Assembly: GCA_963677435.1 (NCBI GenBank)
Contig: OY781945.1
Coordinates: forward strand, 1,984,001-2,048,000
Direction of reading: 5' to 3'
DNA length: 64,000 nucleotides
Source: an uncultured Aliarcobacter sp.
GTDB taxonomy: Bacteria > Campylobacterota > Campylobacteria > Campylobacterales > Arcobacteraceae
The notes under the pieces were generated by a model. It saw only the letters and a list, made by a program, of their open reading frames with translations. It ran no database searches and was not told the origin of the DNA. The position numbers and the translations under genes are program-made. The number at the start of each line of letters is the position of its first letter. The stretch's first letter is position 1. Shown piece after piece: positions 20,337-28,478 of this stretch.

Positions 20337-21997
20337 TAATCTTTTTTCCTATCCCTCGTAGTATTAACAATTTTCCCAAGATTATGAGAGAGAAGTCTTT
20401 TAAATTTAATAAATATTTCTTCTATAATTATATCATCTATACTTAAATCTTGAAATGTTAAATTTTCTGAAGCAGCACAACAATATAATAATGATTCTAT
20501 TGAAATTTTTTCAAAGCTATTTTCCTTTAAATTACATAGAACATCATGATAAAAAGTATGATTTTGATTAATTATAATATAATCACCATAATTTGGATCC
20601 CATCCTGATTCCCAAAATAAATCATGTTTAACTTTATATGAATATCTTACTCTTTTGAAAATATTATTTTCTGTGAATTTTGATTTATCATCAATATCAT
20701 TTTTTTCATCAAGTTCTTTTGATTTCTTTTCTAATTTTTTTTGTCGCTCTTTTTTATTTTCACTAATTTTTAATCGAGGGTCAGTATCTGGATCAACTGG
20801 AGCAAAATCTTCTAAAACTTCATTAAATGCTTCTCCTTCTTCACCATTATTAATTAGCTCTGTACACATACTCATGATTGTACCATGGAGTTGCAAAGCT
20901 GGTCTAATTTTACTTTTTATTTGTTCTAAGATTTCATCTGGAATTAATAATCGTTGCTTAGATACATCAACATGTAATGTGTCATCTAAAGATGAATCAA
21001 TATTTAATTTAGCTCTAAAGCCATATGTTTTATAGGGAATTACTGTATCTAATTTGTCACCCCATCTAATTAATCTATTATTTCTGTAAATAAAAAATCC
21101 ACTATTTTTTTCTGAAACATTATATTCTTTAATTCTATTTTTTGTACTTGAATCAAATCCAGGATATGAAGACATTCTACTTTGAGGGAAAATTACAATC
21201 TCTAATTTTGCATTACATATTTTTTTTTCTCCTTCAACTATTATAGGTAAAGGTAATTCTTCATTAAAAACTTTACATGGTTTAGAACAATCATAAGTCT
21301 CTTTATCAAATATAATAGCATCTTTCAAAAACATTATATCTAATGATTTAATATCAATTTTTTGACTACCTTCAATAATAGAGATTGTAAAATTTTCTTT
21401 ATTTTTTAGGAATTCATAATAAACTACACCTAACTTACTTTCAAGGTGTCTCATTGTTGTCTGTATTGAACGGTTATTTACTTCTTCACAACCAGTAATT
21501 TCTATAATCGTTCCTTTATTTGAAGTTAAATATTCATTATATTTTTTTATTTCAGCTTCATCTAACTCTTTTTCTATAACTTCTAATTCAAATTCAACTT
21601 GATTTTTATCTAATATATAACTGATTGAATAGGTATTATTTTTTTTAGATATTACTTGAATAGAAGTTCCTAAAGATAATCCAGCTGATTTCAATCCCAT
21701 TCCATATTTAGATAAACTATTTGCATCATATTCCTGTATAGAACCAAGTTCTAAAGCTTTTAAAATTTCTTCAGAAGACATTCCTTTTCCATCATCTACT
21801 ATTTTATAGCTTTTTGCATTGTTCTTGTCTGCTAAAGTAGTTCCATCAATTCTTTCAATATAGATTGAAATATTATTTGCATCTGCTGTTACTGCGTTGT
21901 CTATTAAATCCATTATGGCAGTGCTTGCACTATACCCAATTTTAGAGATAGCATCTAAAACTCGAGATGCATTTATATTAATTGGTATTTTTTTCAT
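20336..21997 (-). CDS. MORC-type GHKL ATPase (HATPase_c_3 + S5-like domain)
   Basis: GYS...DLIDNA, DDGKGMS, LSKYGMGLK, GTIIEI, FFIYRNNRLI..G; ATG 21997 has an AAGGA RBS (track start 22027). Confidence 0.8.
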   Translation of the reverse strand: MKKIPININASRVLDAISKIGYSASTAIMDLIDNAVTADANNISIYIERIDGTTLADKNNAKSYKIVDDGKGMSSEEILKALELGSIQEYDANSLSKYGMGLKSAGLSLGTSIQVISKKNNTYSISYILDKNQVEFELEVIEKELDEAEIKKYNEYLTSNKGTIIEITGCEEVNNRSIQTTMRHLESKLGVVYYEFLKNKENFTISIIEGSQKIDIKSLDIMFLKDAIIFDKETYDCSKPCKVFNEELPLPIIVEGEKKICNAKLEIVIFPQSRMSSYPGFDSSTKNRIKEYNVSEKNSGFFIYRNNRLIRWGDKLDTVIPYKTYGFRAKLNIDSSLDDTLHVDVSKQRLLIPDEILEQIKSKIRPALQLHGTIMSMCTELINNGEEGEAFNEVLEDFAPVDPDTDPRLKISENKKERQKKLEKKSKELDEKNDIDDKSKFTENNIFKRVRYSYKVKHDLFWESGWDPNYGDYIIINQNHTFYHDVLCNLKENSFEKISIESLLYCCAASENLTFQDLSIDDIIIEEIFIKFKRLLSHNLGKIVNTTRDRKKD

Positions 21998-21998
21998 T

Positions 21999-23066
21999 TT
22001 AATTTTTTCCTTTATTAAATAGCTCAAATAAATCTTTAAATAGATTTAAATCAACTGTCTTTGGTGTTTCTTTTTTAGTATCTAAACTTGGAGTTTCTAG
22101 TAGTCTTTCTAAAGCTAAATGAATTGATTTAATATGAGCATCATTTGTATCTGCTTTAGTTTGTTCAACAATTATATTGAAATTATTAATAAATGTTTTG
22201 GATAACATCGTTTTATAATCATATTCTTCTAATAATCTATTAGTACGATTATACCTATTCCAATAAAAAGTTGCACTAATAATTATTGGAAAAATAAGGA
22301 TAAATTTACTACCAATTTTAACCCAACTATTTTCACTATTTAATATTTTTATAATATCTGTGGGGGTATTGAAAATTGAATAAGAATATCCTATAAATAA
22401 ATAGAAACCTGTTAAAAATGATATTAAAAGTAAAAATATAAAACCAAAATGGTATCTAGCTGCTTTTTTTGATAATTGATCTACTTTATTACTATATAAA
22501 TTTGATAATTCATAACTTGTAACTTTCTCAAGTATTTCTCTTATATCTTTTTTATATTCATTTATTTGATTAATGTAAGATTCTTTATTAGTATCAAATT
22601 GAACAAGTTTTTCTTTAGATTCTTTATCAAATAAATCTAATTTACTTTTTGAATTTAATTCTTGTATTTTCACATCTTCAATTATTTTTTCAATATTTCC
22701 TAATTTATCTAAAGAATCTTTTAAATTATTATGTTCTTTAGTTAAAATTCTAATCTCATCTTTTAAATCTTTTAAATTAAATTCTTCTTCTTCAAAAAGT
22801 TCTTTTAATCCTTCTTCTGTATACCATTCAATTAATGAATATGCATTATTTTGTCCTCTAACAAATACCTTTTTCTCTGTAGTGTAAGAAAAATTTGAGT
22901 TAATACACTTTCTTTCAATTTGAGTTCTTAGTATATGAATTTCATTAACATTTTCTTTGAAAGTATATAAATTTTTAAATTTAATAGAGCTATATATATC
23001 TTCTAAAGTTAAAGCAACTTTCTTTTCCTTTAATACCTCTTCTGCTACCTCTGCAATTGTTGTCAA
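21999..23066 (-). CDS. HARE-HTH-like domain + coiled coil + 2 TM protein
   Basis: N-terminal TIAEVAEEVLKE...LTLEDIY...LYTF...IERKC winged-helix pattern, long acidic/basic coiled coil, two hydrophobic segments. Confidence 0.6.
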   Translation of the reverse strand: MTTIAEVAEEVLKEKKVALTLEDIYSSIKFKNLYTFKENVNEIHILRTQIERKCINSNFSYTTEKKVFVRGQNNAYSLIEWYTEEGLKELFEEEEFNLKDLKDEIRILTKEHNNLKDSLDKLGNIEKIIEDVKIQELNSKSKLDLFDKESKEKLVQFDTNKESYINQINEYKKDIREILEKVTSYELSNLYSNKVDQLSKKAARYHFGFIFLLLISFLTGFYLFIGYSYSIFNTPTDIIKILNSENSWVKIGSKFILIFPIIISATFYWNRYNRTNRLLEEYDYKTMLSKTFINNFNIIVEQTKADTNDAHIKSIHLALERLLETPSLDTKKETPKTVDLNLFKDLFELFNKGKN

Positions 23067-23068
23067 AT

Positions 23069-23356
23069 TTAATTTCTCCTATTATTTGTATTGATTAATT
23101 CATTTACTTCATCTATAAGCAAATGAGGATATAACCCTATATGCATACTATCATGAATTAATTCTTTATCATATAGTTTAATAATTTTGAAATATTCTAT
23201 ATATTCATCTTTTTTTGTGGCTATACTTATAATTAAAGTACCATCTTCAATACATCCAACAACAGCTTGCATTGCATCTGCTAATTCTTCATAACTTTTG
23301 TTTCTAAAATAATTTTCTAATTCTATTAATTTATTACATTTTAAAGTTTTTTTCAT
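23069..23356 (-). CDS. hypothetical protein
   Basis: 95-aa ORF with RBS; 2 nt from the next gene. Confidence 0.55.
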   Translation of the reverse strand: MKKTLKCNKLIELENYFRNKSYEELADAMQAVVGCIEDGTLIISIATKKDEYIEYFKIIKLYDKELIHDSMHIGLYPHLLIDEVNELINTNNRRN

Positions 23357-23406
23357 TTTTTCCCATTTTATTATGTATTAATATTTTAGTTATATATATT
23401 TATTCA

Positions 23407-24321
23407 TTAATACTTCAAAATTTCATACTGCAAAGTTTTACTCTCTTGCAAAAACTTTTTACCTGATTCATCAAGAATATAGTTTGACGTGATAAATTTT
23501 AATTTAATATTTTTATCAAACAATTTATTTTCATTTACATACTCTGTACAACAGCCAACAAAAGCTTTTAATTTTTCATGATTGATTTTATATTTACTAT
23601 CTTCTTTCCAGTTCTTACATTGGATTAAAATTAATTCTTCATCTTTAGTACAGATAATATCTATGCCTTTATCTTTTTTACCTTTCTTAATTCCATGTAA
23701 ATTTACATCGTATCCATCTAGTTTATAATATCCTGCAACAAATTTTTCATACTCGCTACCTTTTTGCTTTAATTCTTTCATTCTATCTGCATAAGCTCTT
23801 TTTTCATCATCTGTGTAAGGAGTAAATTTTCTTTTATTTGAATTAATATTATTTTGATTATTCTCAAATGGCTCTTGATTTATTTCTTCTTTTTTATATG
23901 TATTTTCTCTATATTTAAATGCTGTTTTTTCTTTAACTTCTTCTGTGTGTTTAGATTCATTTTTTTTATTTGAATTTTTTTCAGTATTATAATTTTCTAT
24001 TGCATCTTCAATATTTTTTCTTAGATGGTTATATTCTTTTTCATCAAAAGTAGTTAAAGTATTATTTTTATTTCCATTTATAGTTATTACATATTTTTTT
24101 ACTTTTAAAAAACTTATTACTATAGCGATTATTCCAATTATGAAAGCCAAAATACCACTTATAAAAAAATATATCATTATTGAAAATATTAATACTGGAA
24201 ATCCGATACTAGATAAACTTAACACTTCTTCATCATAAGATATATTATGAATATTTTTTATTGTGAATGTTTTGTTTTTAGTTCTTATTGTTTCTTTAGT
24301 TATTTCAATTGTATTATTCAA
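23407..24321 (-). CDS. membrane-anchored Mrr-like PD-(D/E)xK restriction endonuclease
   Basis: N-terminal TM hairpin; C-terminal YEKFV...DKGIDII...LIQCK (Mrr_cat motif). Confidence 0.75.
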   Translation of the reverse strand: MNNTIEITKETIRTKNKTFTIKNIHNISYDEEVLSLSSIGFPVLIFSIMIYFFISGILAFIIGIIAIVISFLKVKKYVITINGNKNNTLTTFDEKEYNHLRKNIEDAIENYNTEKNSNKKNESKHTEEVKEKTAFKYRENTYKKEEINQEPFENNQNNINSNKRKFTPYTDDEKRAYADRMKELKQKGSEYEKFVAGYYKLDGYDVNLHGIKKGKKDKGIDIICTKDEELILIQCKNWKEDSKYKINHEKLKAFVGCCTEYVNENKLFDKNIKLKFITSNYILDESGKKFLQESKTLQYEILKY

Positions 24322-24373
24322 ACTTAAATTTCCGTACTCATTTAGATTATTTTATAAAAATATTATATCGACG

Positions 24374-24395
24374 AAATGACTCATAAATGACTCAT
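24374..24395. repeat. tandem 11-bp repeat upstream of the nuclease gene
   Basis: AAATGACTCAT x2; each copy contains the near-palindrome ATGACTCAT. Confidence 0.6.
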
Positions 24396-24407
24396 TTTTA
24401 TTTTTTT

Positions 24408-24749
24408 TTATAAATTTTTTTTGATTTTCTCTGCTTCGGTTATATGATAAATGTATTTAATTTGATTTTCATCTAATAGTTCTAAATTATTGATTATTTC
24501 ATTCTTATAATCAATATGTTCAATACTTTCTGTCTCATTAATAAATATTTCACCTTTTCCATTTATTAACCAATTAGTATTTATACTAAACATATTTGTT
24601 AATTTTTCAATAAACTCTATTGATGGTTTTACCTTATTTTTCTCATATCTGGATAAAGACTGAGGTGCTAATTCTATTTTTTCAGCAAACTCATTTTGAT
24701 TAAAACCTAGTTTTTCTCGCATTAGAATTAACTTTTCACCAAAATTCAT
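24408..24749 (-). CDS. XRE-family (cI-like) prophage repressor
   Basis: FGEKL..MREKLGFNQNEFAEKI....LSRYE...P; INTNWLINGKG; ATG 24749 has an AAGGA RBS. Confidence 0.88.
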   Translation of the reverse strand: MNFGEKLILMREKLGFNQNEFAEKIELAPQSLSRYEKNKVKPSIEFIEKLTNMFSINTNWLINGKGEIFINETESIEHIDYKNEIINNLELLDENQIKYIYHITEAEKIKKNL

Positions 24750-24759
24750 AAATTTCCTT

Positions 24760-24808
24760 AACATATTTGTTTATTATTATTGACATTCTAAACATATTTG
24801 TATATAAT
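24760..24808 (+). promoter_or_regulatory. consensus sigma70 promoter with overlapping operators
   Basis: TTGACA (24780) -17 bp- TATAAT (24803); AACATATTTGT at 24760 and 24791, with a third copy at 24589. Confidence 0.8.
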
Positions 24809-24839
24809 TAGAGTACATTTATTATTTAGGGGTAACAAA

Positions 24840-25286
24840 ATGCAATCAAACAAACAGTCTAACTCATCATTTTATCAAAATCAAACAAAAATAAACTTTA
24901 TCAAAGTTCTTATTGAAAAATATGAAAATAAATTTACTTATGAAAATAACTTAATGATTGCAAGTAATCAAAGGCTAATTTCTTTAATTATTAAACATAT
25001 TCAATCTTTAAAAGCAAAATTAAATGAATTAGAAAACACAAAAGTTACTCCACAAATTGAAAATGAAATACAAACATTAGATAATCAAATTGAAGCTACT
25101 CAAACACAAATTAATAGATTAACAAAATTAAACTCTTTCGCAACACTTTTACAAAAAAAATCAAATAAAAAATCTTTTTATAAATATAGACAAATACTAC
25201 TTTCAATCAGAAATAAAATTGACTTAAAACAAAGAGTTTTAAATCTTTTAGTATGGGAAAAAGAAAGATTAATTAAATTAGCTTAA
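24840..25286 (+). CDS. phage early hypothetical coiled-coil protein
   Basis: First ORF after the consensus promoter; AGGGG RBS before ATG 24840. Confidence 0.6.
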   Translation: MQSNKQSNSSFYQNQTKINFIKVLIEKYENKFTYENNLMIASNQRLISLIIKHIQSLKAKLNELENTKVTPQIENEIQTLDNQIEATQTQINRLTKLNSFATLLQKKSNKKSFYKYRQILLSIRNKIDLKQRVLNLLVWEKERLIKLA

Positions 25287-25298
25287 TAACTATCTTAA

Positions 25299-25326
25299 AG
25301 CCTATTTTATTCAATAGGTTTTATAG
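25299..25326. repeat. repeated intergenic hairpin, copy 1
   Basis: AGCCTATTTTATTCAATAGGTTTTATAG, 27/28 identical to 25613-25640. Confidence 0.85.
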
Positions 25327-25363
25327 AGAGTTATCAAATTTAAATTTATAAGAAGGCGTAAAA

Positions 25364-25603
25364 ATGAATAAACATGAAGTTTTTTTAGTTTCATATGATT
25401 TGAAACATTCGACAAGATTTAGAGCAATTTTAGTTCCAGCAATGAGAGATACTGAAAATAAAAATATTAATTACGTAATGAATGAATTGGCAAATTCTTT
25501 TAAATCAAAAGAAATTAAATTTAATGAAATTATTTCAACAGCAGTTTCATATGAACTCTTGTTAACTGATGATTTTATAAAAATGATAAAAGAAAAGTAT
25601 TAA
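25364..25603 (+). CDS. phage hypothetical protein
   Basis: 79-aa ORF with AAGG RBS, flanked by the repeated hairpins. Confidence 0.6.
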   Translation: MNKHEVFLVSYDLKHSTRFRAILVPAMRDTENKNINYVMNELANSFKSKEIKFNEIISTAVSYELLLTDDFIKMIKEKY

Positions 25604-25612
25604 TTTACTTAG

Positions 25613-25640
25613 AGCCTATTTTATTAAATAGGTTTTATAG
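25613..25640. repeat. repeated intergenic hairpin, copy 2
   Basis: AGCCTATTTTATTAAATAGGTTTTATAG. Confidence 0.85.
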
Positions 25641-25654
25641 TGGATTTATTCACT

Positions 25655-25980
25655 CGGTAACAGCACTGTACCCCGCTGTTATCGTTAGTTTAAAAAGGGT
25701 AAGTGAAAAAATGAAATTAAGTATAAAGTGAACCTCTATTAAAAGATAGAAGCTGACCTAATCTTGGATGGTTAGAATTGTATCGTTTAGCTAAACAGCG
25801 TCCCGACAATTCTAAATCAAATTAATATTTTTTGGCTTTCTGTCAATAAAGCTTCGCTTACTCAATGTTAGCGAGTGAATGGATGTTTGAGTAAGTGGAA
25901 ATAAAATCCTCTCACCTAAACAGATAAAAAATTGAGAGACAACACTTTTAGTCGTAGCCTTTAAAAGGTATAAACCGATT
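25655..25980 (+). ncRNA. putative structured non-coding RNA or ssDNA element
   Basis: No long ORF; several stems with G-U pairs on the + strand and a possible pseudoknot. Confidence 0.4.
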
Positions 25981-26003
25981 AATTAAACATAAAAGGATAA
26001 AAA

Positions 26004-26363
26004 ATGTCAACAGTTAAACCCGTACAAGTTAAAGAACATGGAAATTTCTTATATGGTCAATTAGATGGATTAGACTTTGTGCCATCTGGAATTATGCAAG
26101 ATACTAAAAAACCTTATAGTGCTTCAATTAAATTGAAATTTATATTGAAATCTACATTCTTAAAAGAACTCAACAGTATTAAAATACCAACACAACGTGC
26201 AACTTCTCAAATAGTGAGAATCCCAACAACAGATGATAAGTTACCTCAATTAGTAGCTAAATATAATGAGTTAGTAGGTAAAGATTTATTTATTAACTAT
26301 ATTGCAAAAGATGGAGAAGTAATCAATATTCAAAATGAAAATGAGATTATCGAAATAAAGTAA
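26004..26363 (+). CDS. putative ssDNA-binding protein (pV-like)
   Basis: 119-aa beta-rich protein immediately upstream of the coat genes; call is mainly positional. Confidence 0.5.
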   Translation: MSTVKPVQVKEHGNFLYGQLDGLDFVPSGIMQDTKKPYSASIKLKFILKSTFLKELNSIKIPTQRATSQIVRIPTTDDKLPQLVAKYNELVGKDLFINYIAKDGEVINIQNENEIIEIK

Positions 26364-26488
26364 TTATATAGGGCATAGAGTCCGTACCTCTTGTAAGTCC
26401 CTGTATTTAAATTTTTAGAGTACATTTTTTGTTTATGTATTCTACAAATTTAATCTTGGGATTGTATCTCAAAAAAAAGGAGTTCATC

Positions 26489-26671
26489 ATGTTAAAAAGA
26501 TTATTTGCATTATTTGCTTTTTTCTTTCTTCTAATGGTTGGTGCTAATGCTGCTGGAATTGCTGCACCTGATATGTCTGATGCAGTGGATTCAGTTACAA
26601 ATGTTTTTGGTGCTGTTCTTGGTGTTTCTGTTTTAATCTTTGGATTTAAAAAAACAAAATCATTACTTTAA
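26489..26671 (+). CDS. inovirus major coat protein (pVIII-like)
   Basis: Strong AAGGAG RBS; signal peptide ending ANA; 39-aa mature chain with acidic N-terminus, TM helix and basic C-terminus (FKKTKSLL); followed by a hairpin. Confidence 0.85.
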   Translation: MLKRLFALFAFFFLLMVGANAAGIAAPDMSDAVDSVTNVFGAVLGVSVLIFGFKKTKSLL

Positions 26672-26700
26672 GAGTTTGAGGGATTTTCCCTCTCTCTTTA
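26670..26700 (+). terminator. terminator-like hairpin after the major coat gene
   Basis: AAGAG..GAGGGA-ttt-TCCCTC-TCTCTTT. Confidence 0.6.
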
Positions 26701-26714
26701 GAAAGGTTTTATAA

Positions 26715-27125
26715 ATGAAAAAATCTATCCTAATCTTATTATTTATAAGCTCTTTATTAAATGCTGAATATTTATTGACTATTACTAAAAATGATACTTT
26801 AAAAGTTGAATGTATAACTTATTATGATTTCTCGGATAATAGCTTATATTACACCCTTGCAAGAAATAATAATACTAAAAGTATCTCTATGAATTCAATA
26901 CAATCATATTCTATTCAATCAGGTTATTATCTTGATAAAAGTGATTCTAATAGTTGCAAAATTATGACTAATAAATTATCTACTATTGAAATAACAAATG
27001 ACTCTTTAACAATTCACAATTTAACTTATTTGGGTTTATCAAATGAAGATTTAAATCTTATGTTTGCACTATCAGGATTATTTATTTCATTTTTATTTTT
27101 ATTTGGTTTGTTTAGGTGGATATGA
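26715..27125 (+). CDS. putative minor virion protein
   Basis: Signal peptide, Cys pair, C-terminal TM; lies in the inovirus structural module. Confidence 0.6.
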   Translation: MKKSILILLFISSLLNAEYLLTITKNDTLKVECITYYDFSDNSLYYTLARNNNTKSISMNSIQSYSIQSGYYLDKSDSNSCKIMTNKLSTIEITNDSLTIHNLTYLGLSNEDLNLMFALSGLFISFLFLFGLFRWI

Positions 27126-27241
27126 TGATTATATATGATGTTACGGGAAATTTAGCCTTTGATTACTTCTTTTCATTAAACATGAATATAGGTTTAATTG
27201 TTTGGGGTTTTACGGTTGTTTTACGATTATTAAGGTCTTAA
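27122..27241 (+). CDS. small hydrophobic minor coat protein (pVII/pIX-like, 39 aa; not in ORF track)
   Basis: MMIIYDVTGNLAFDYFFSLNMNIGLIVWGFTVVLRLLRS; overlaps the upstream stop and ends 1 nt before the next ATG. Confidence 0.65.
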   Translation: MMIIYDVTGNLAFDYFFSLNMNIGLIVWGFTVVLRLLRS

Positions 27242-27242
27242 T

Positions 27243-28202
27243 ATGAAAAAGTTTTTATTTTGTTTATTACCTCTTTTTTTAAATGCAATTAATTATGAGA
27301 TTATTTGTCAGAATCAATCAAATTCTACTGATACAAAAGGTTTACCTTTTATATTTCATTCTTTCCCATATTATAATATTTATGATGGTGGATTTGTTGA
27401 GGGTGCTTTAGATACGGTTAATTCATCGGTTTCTTATTGGGATGATACAAGTGCAATTTGTGGTGGTGAAGTTGATGAAAATATTTTAATTACAGCACAT
27501 TGTGATGATTCAAAAAATTCAGCTTGTTGGGATGTAATGGTAGGAAAAGGTAGTGGTATTGAAATTATTACTCAAAATGCAGAAGATGGATTATTTTATA
27601 ATAATGTAAATTTTGTAAATGGTTATCCTTGTTTACCAAGAGAAACAAAAAATTTTACTGTTGGTTTATATAGTCAATCAACTGGTAATGATTATTCAAC
27701 ACCTTTCCAAAATGCAAATTTAAACACTTATGTAATAACAAATAGAACTTCGTTAACTCCTGAAGAAGCAAATACATATCGAAATGTATGTTCTCCTATT
27801 ACTGCTCCTAATACAGATTATACAGAACAATTAAACCAACTTATTGAGAATACATCAGAAAATAAAAATATAAAAGAACTTAATGAAAGAGATAAAAAAC
27901 TTGATACTGATTTAGAAAGCTTTGTTAGTAACATAAAAGATAAAGATACAACTGAAAATGATTTGTTGGAATTTGAAACAGCTTTTCAAACAACTTTAAA
28001 TGATACTTTTTTAAATTATAGTGATGTCTTTGGCTTTGGTGGATATGGCTCTGCTCCCTCTCCTATTAGTTTTTCTATGTTAGGTAGAACTTATGAGGTT
28101 TTTAATATTTCAATTATAGATGATTATGTTGGGTTAATAAGAAATATTTTTACAATATTTGCCTATTTATGGGGAATTATTGTTGTTTTTAGGAGTGTAT
28201 AA
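27243..28202 (+). CDS. adsorption protein (pIII-like)
   Basis: Signal peptide, Cys-rich N-domain, acidic linker, C-terminal TM anchor; upstream of pVI and Zot. Confidence 0.7.
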   Translation: MKKFLFCLLPLFLNAINYEIICQNQSNSTDTKGLPFIFHSFPYYNIYDGGFVEGALDTVNSSVSYWDDTSAICGGEVDENILITAHCDDSKNSACWDVMVGKGSGIEIITQNAEDGLFYNNVNFVNGYPCLPRETKNFTVGLYSQSTGNDYSTPFQNANLNTYVITNRTSLTPEEANTYRNVCSPITAPNTDYTEQLNQLIENTSENKNIKELNERDKKLDTDLESFVSNIKDKDTTENDLLEFETAFQTTLNDTFLNYSDVFGFGGYGSAPSPISFSMLGRTYEVFNISIIDDYVGLIRNIFTIFAYLWGIIVVFRSV

Positions 28203-28204
28203 AG

Positions 28205-28477
28205 ATGTTAGCTGCTATTACTTTAATTTTAGAATTATTAGGGCTTATCGCTAAAAATCCTTTAGTTCAAAAAACTGCAATTTTTACTTTTTTCTTTGGT
28301 TTAGTCTCTTTTACTGTTGATTTCTTTATCTCAAAATTATTAACAGATTTAGGAGATATATCTCAAATCCTAACATTAGCTTCATATCTAGGGTTTTTAA
28401 ATGCCTTACAGATAGTGTTTAATTTCTTAATTACTGGATTTATTGCTAAACAGATTTTGGCTTTCATTAGGTCTTAA
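28205..28477 (+). CDS. minor coat protein (pVI-like)
   Basis: 90-aa, almost entirely hydrophobic, between the pIII-like gene and zot. Confidence 0.7.
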   Translation: MLAAITLILELLGLIAKNPLVQKTAIFTFFFGLVSFTVDFFISKLLTDLGDISQILTLASYLGFLNALQIVFNFLITGFIAKQILAFIRS

Positions 28478-28478
28478 T

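Noticed and set aside
25287..25650. Repeats as a CRISPR array or true integron
   Set aside because: Only two copies, 314 bp apart and flanking a gene; no cas genes; poor match to attC R boxes and no recognisable integron integrase
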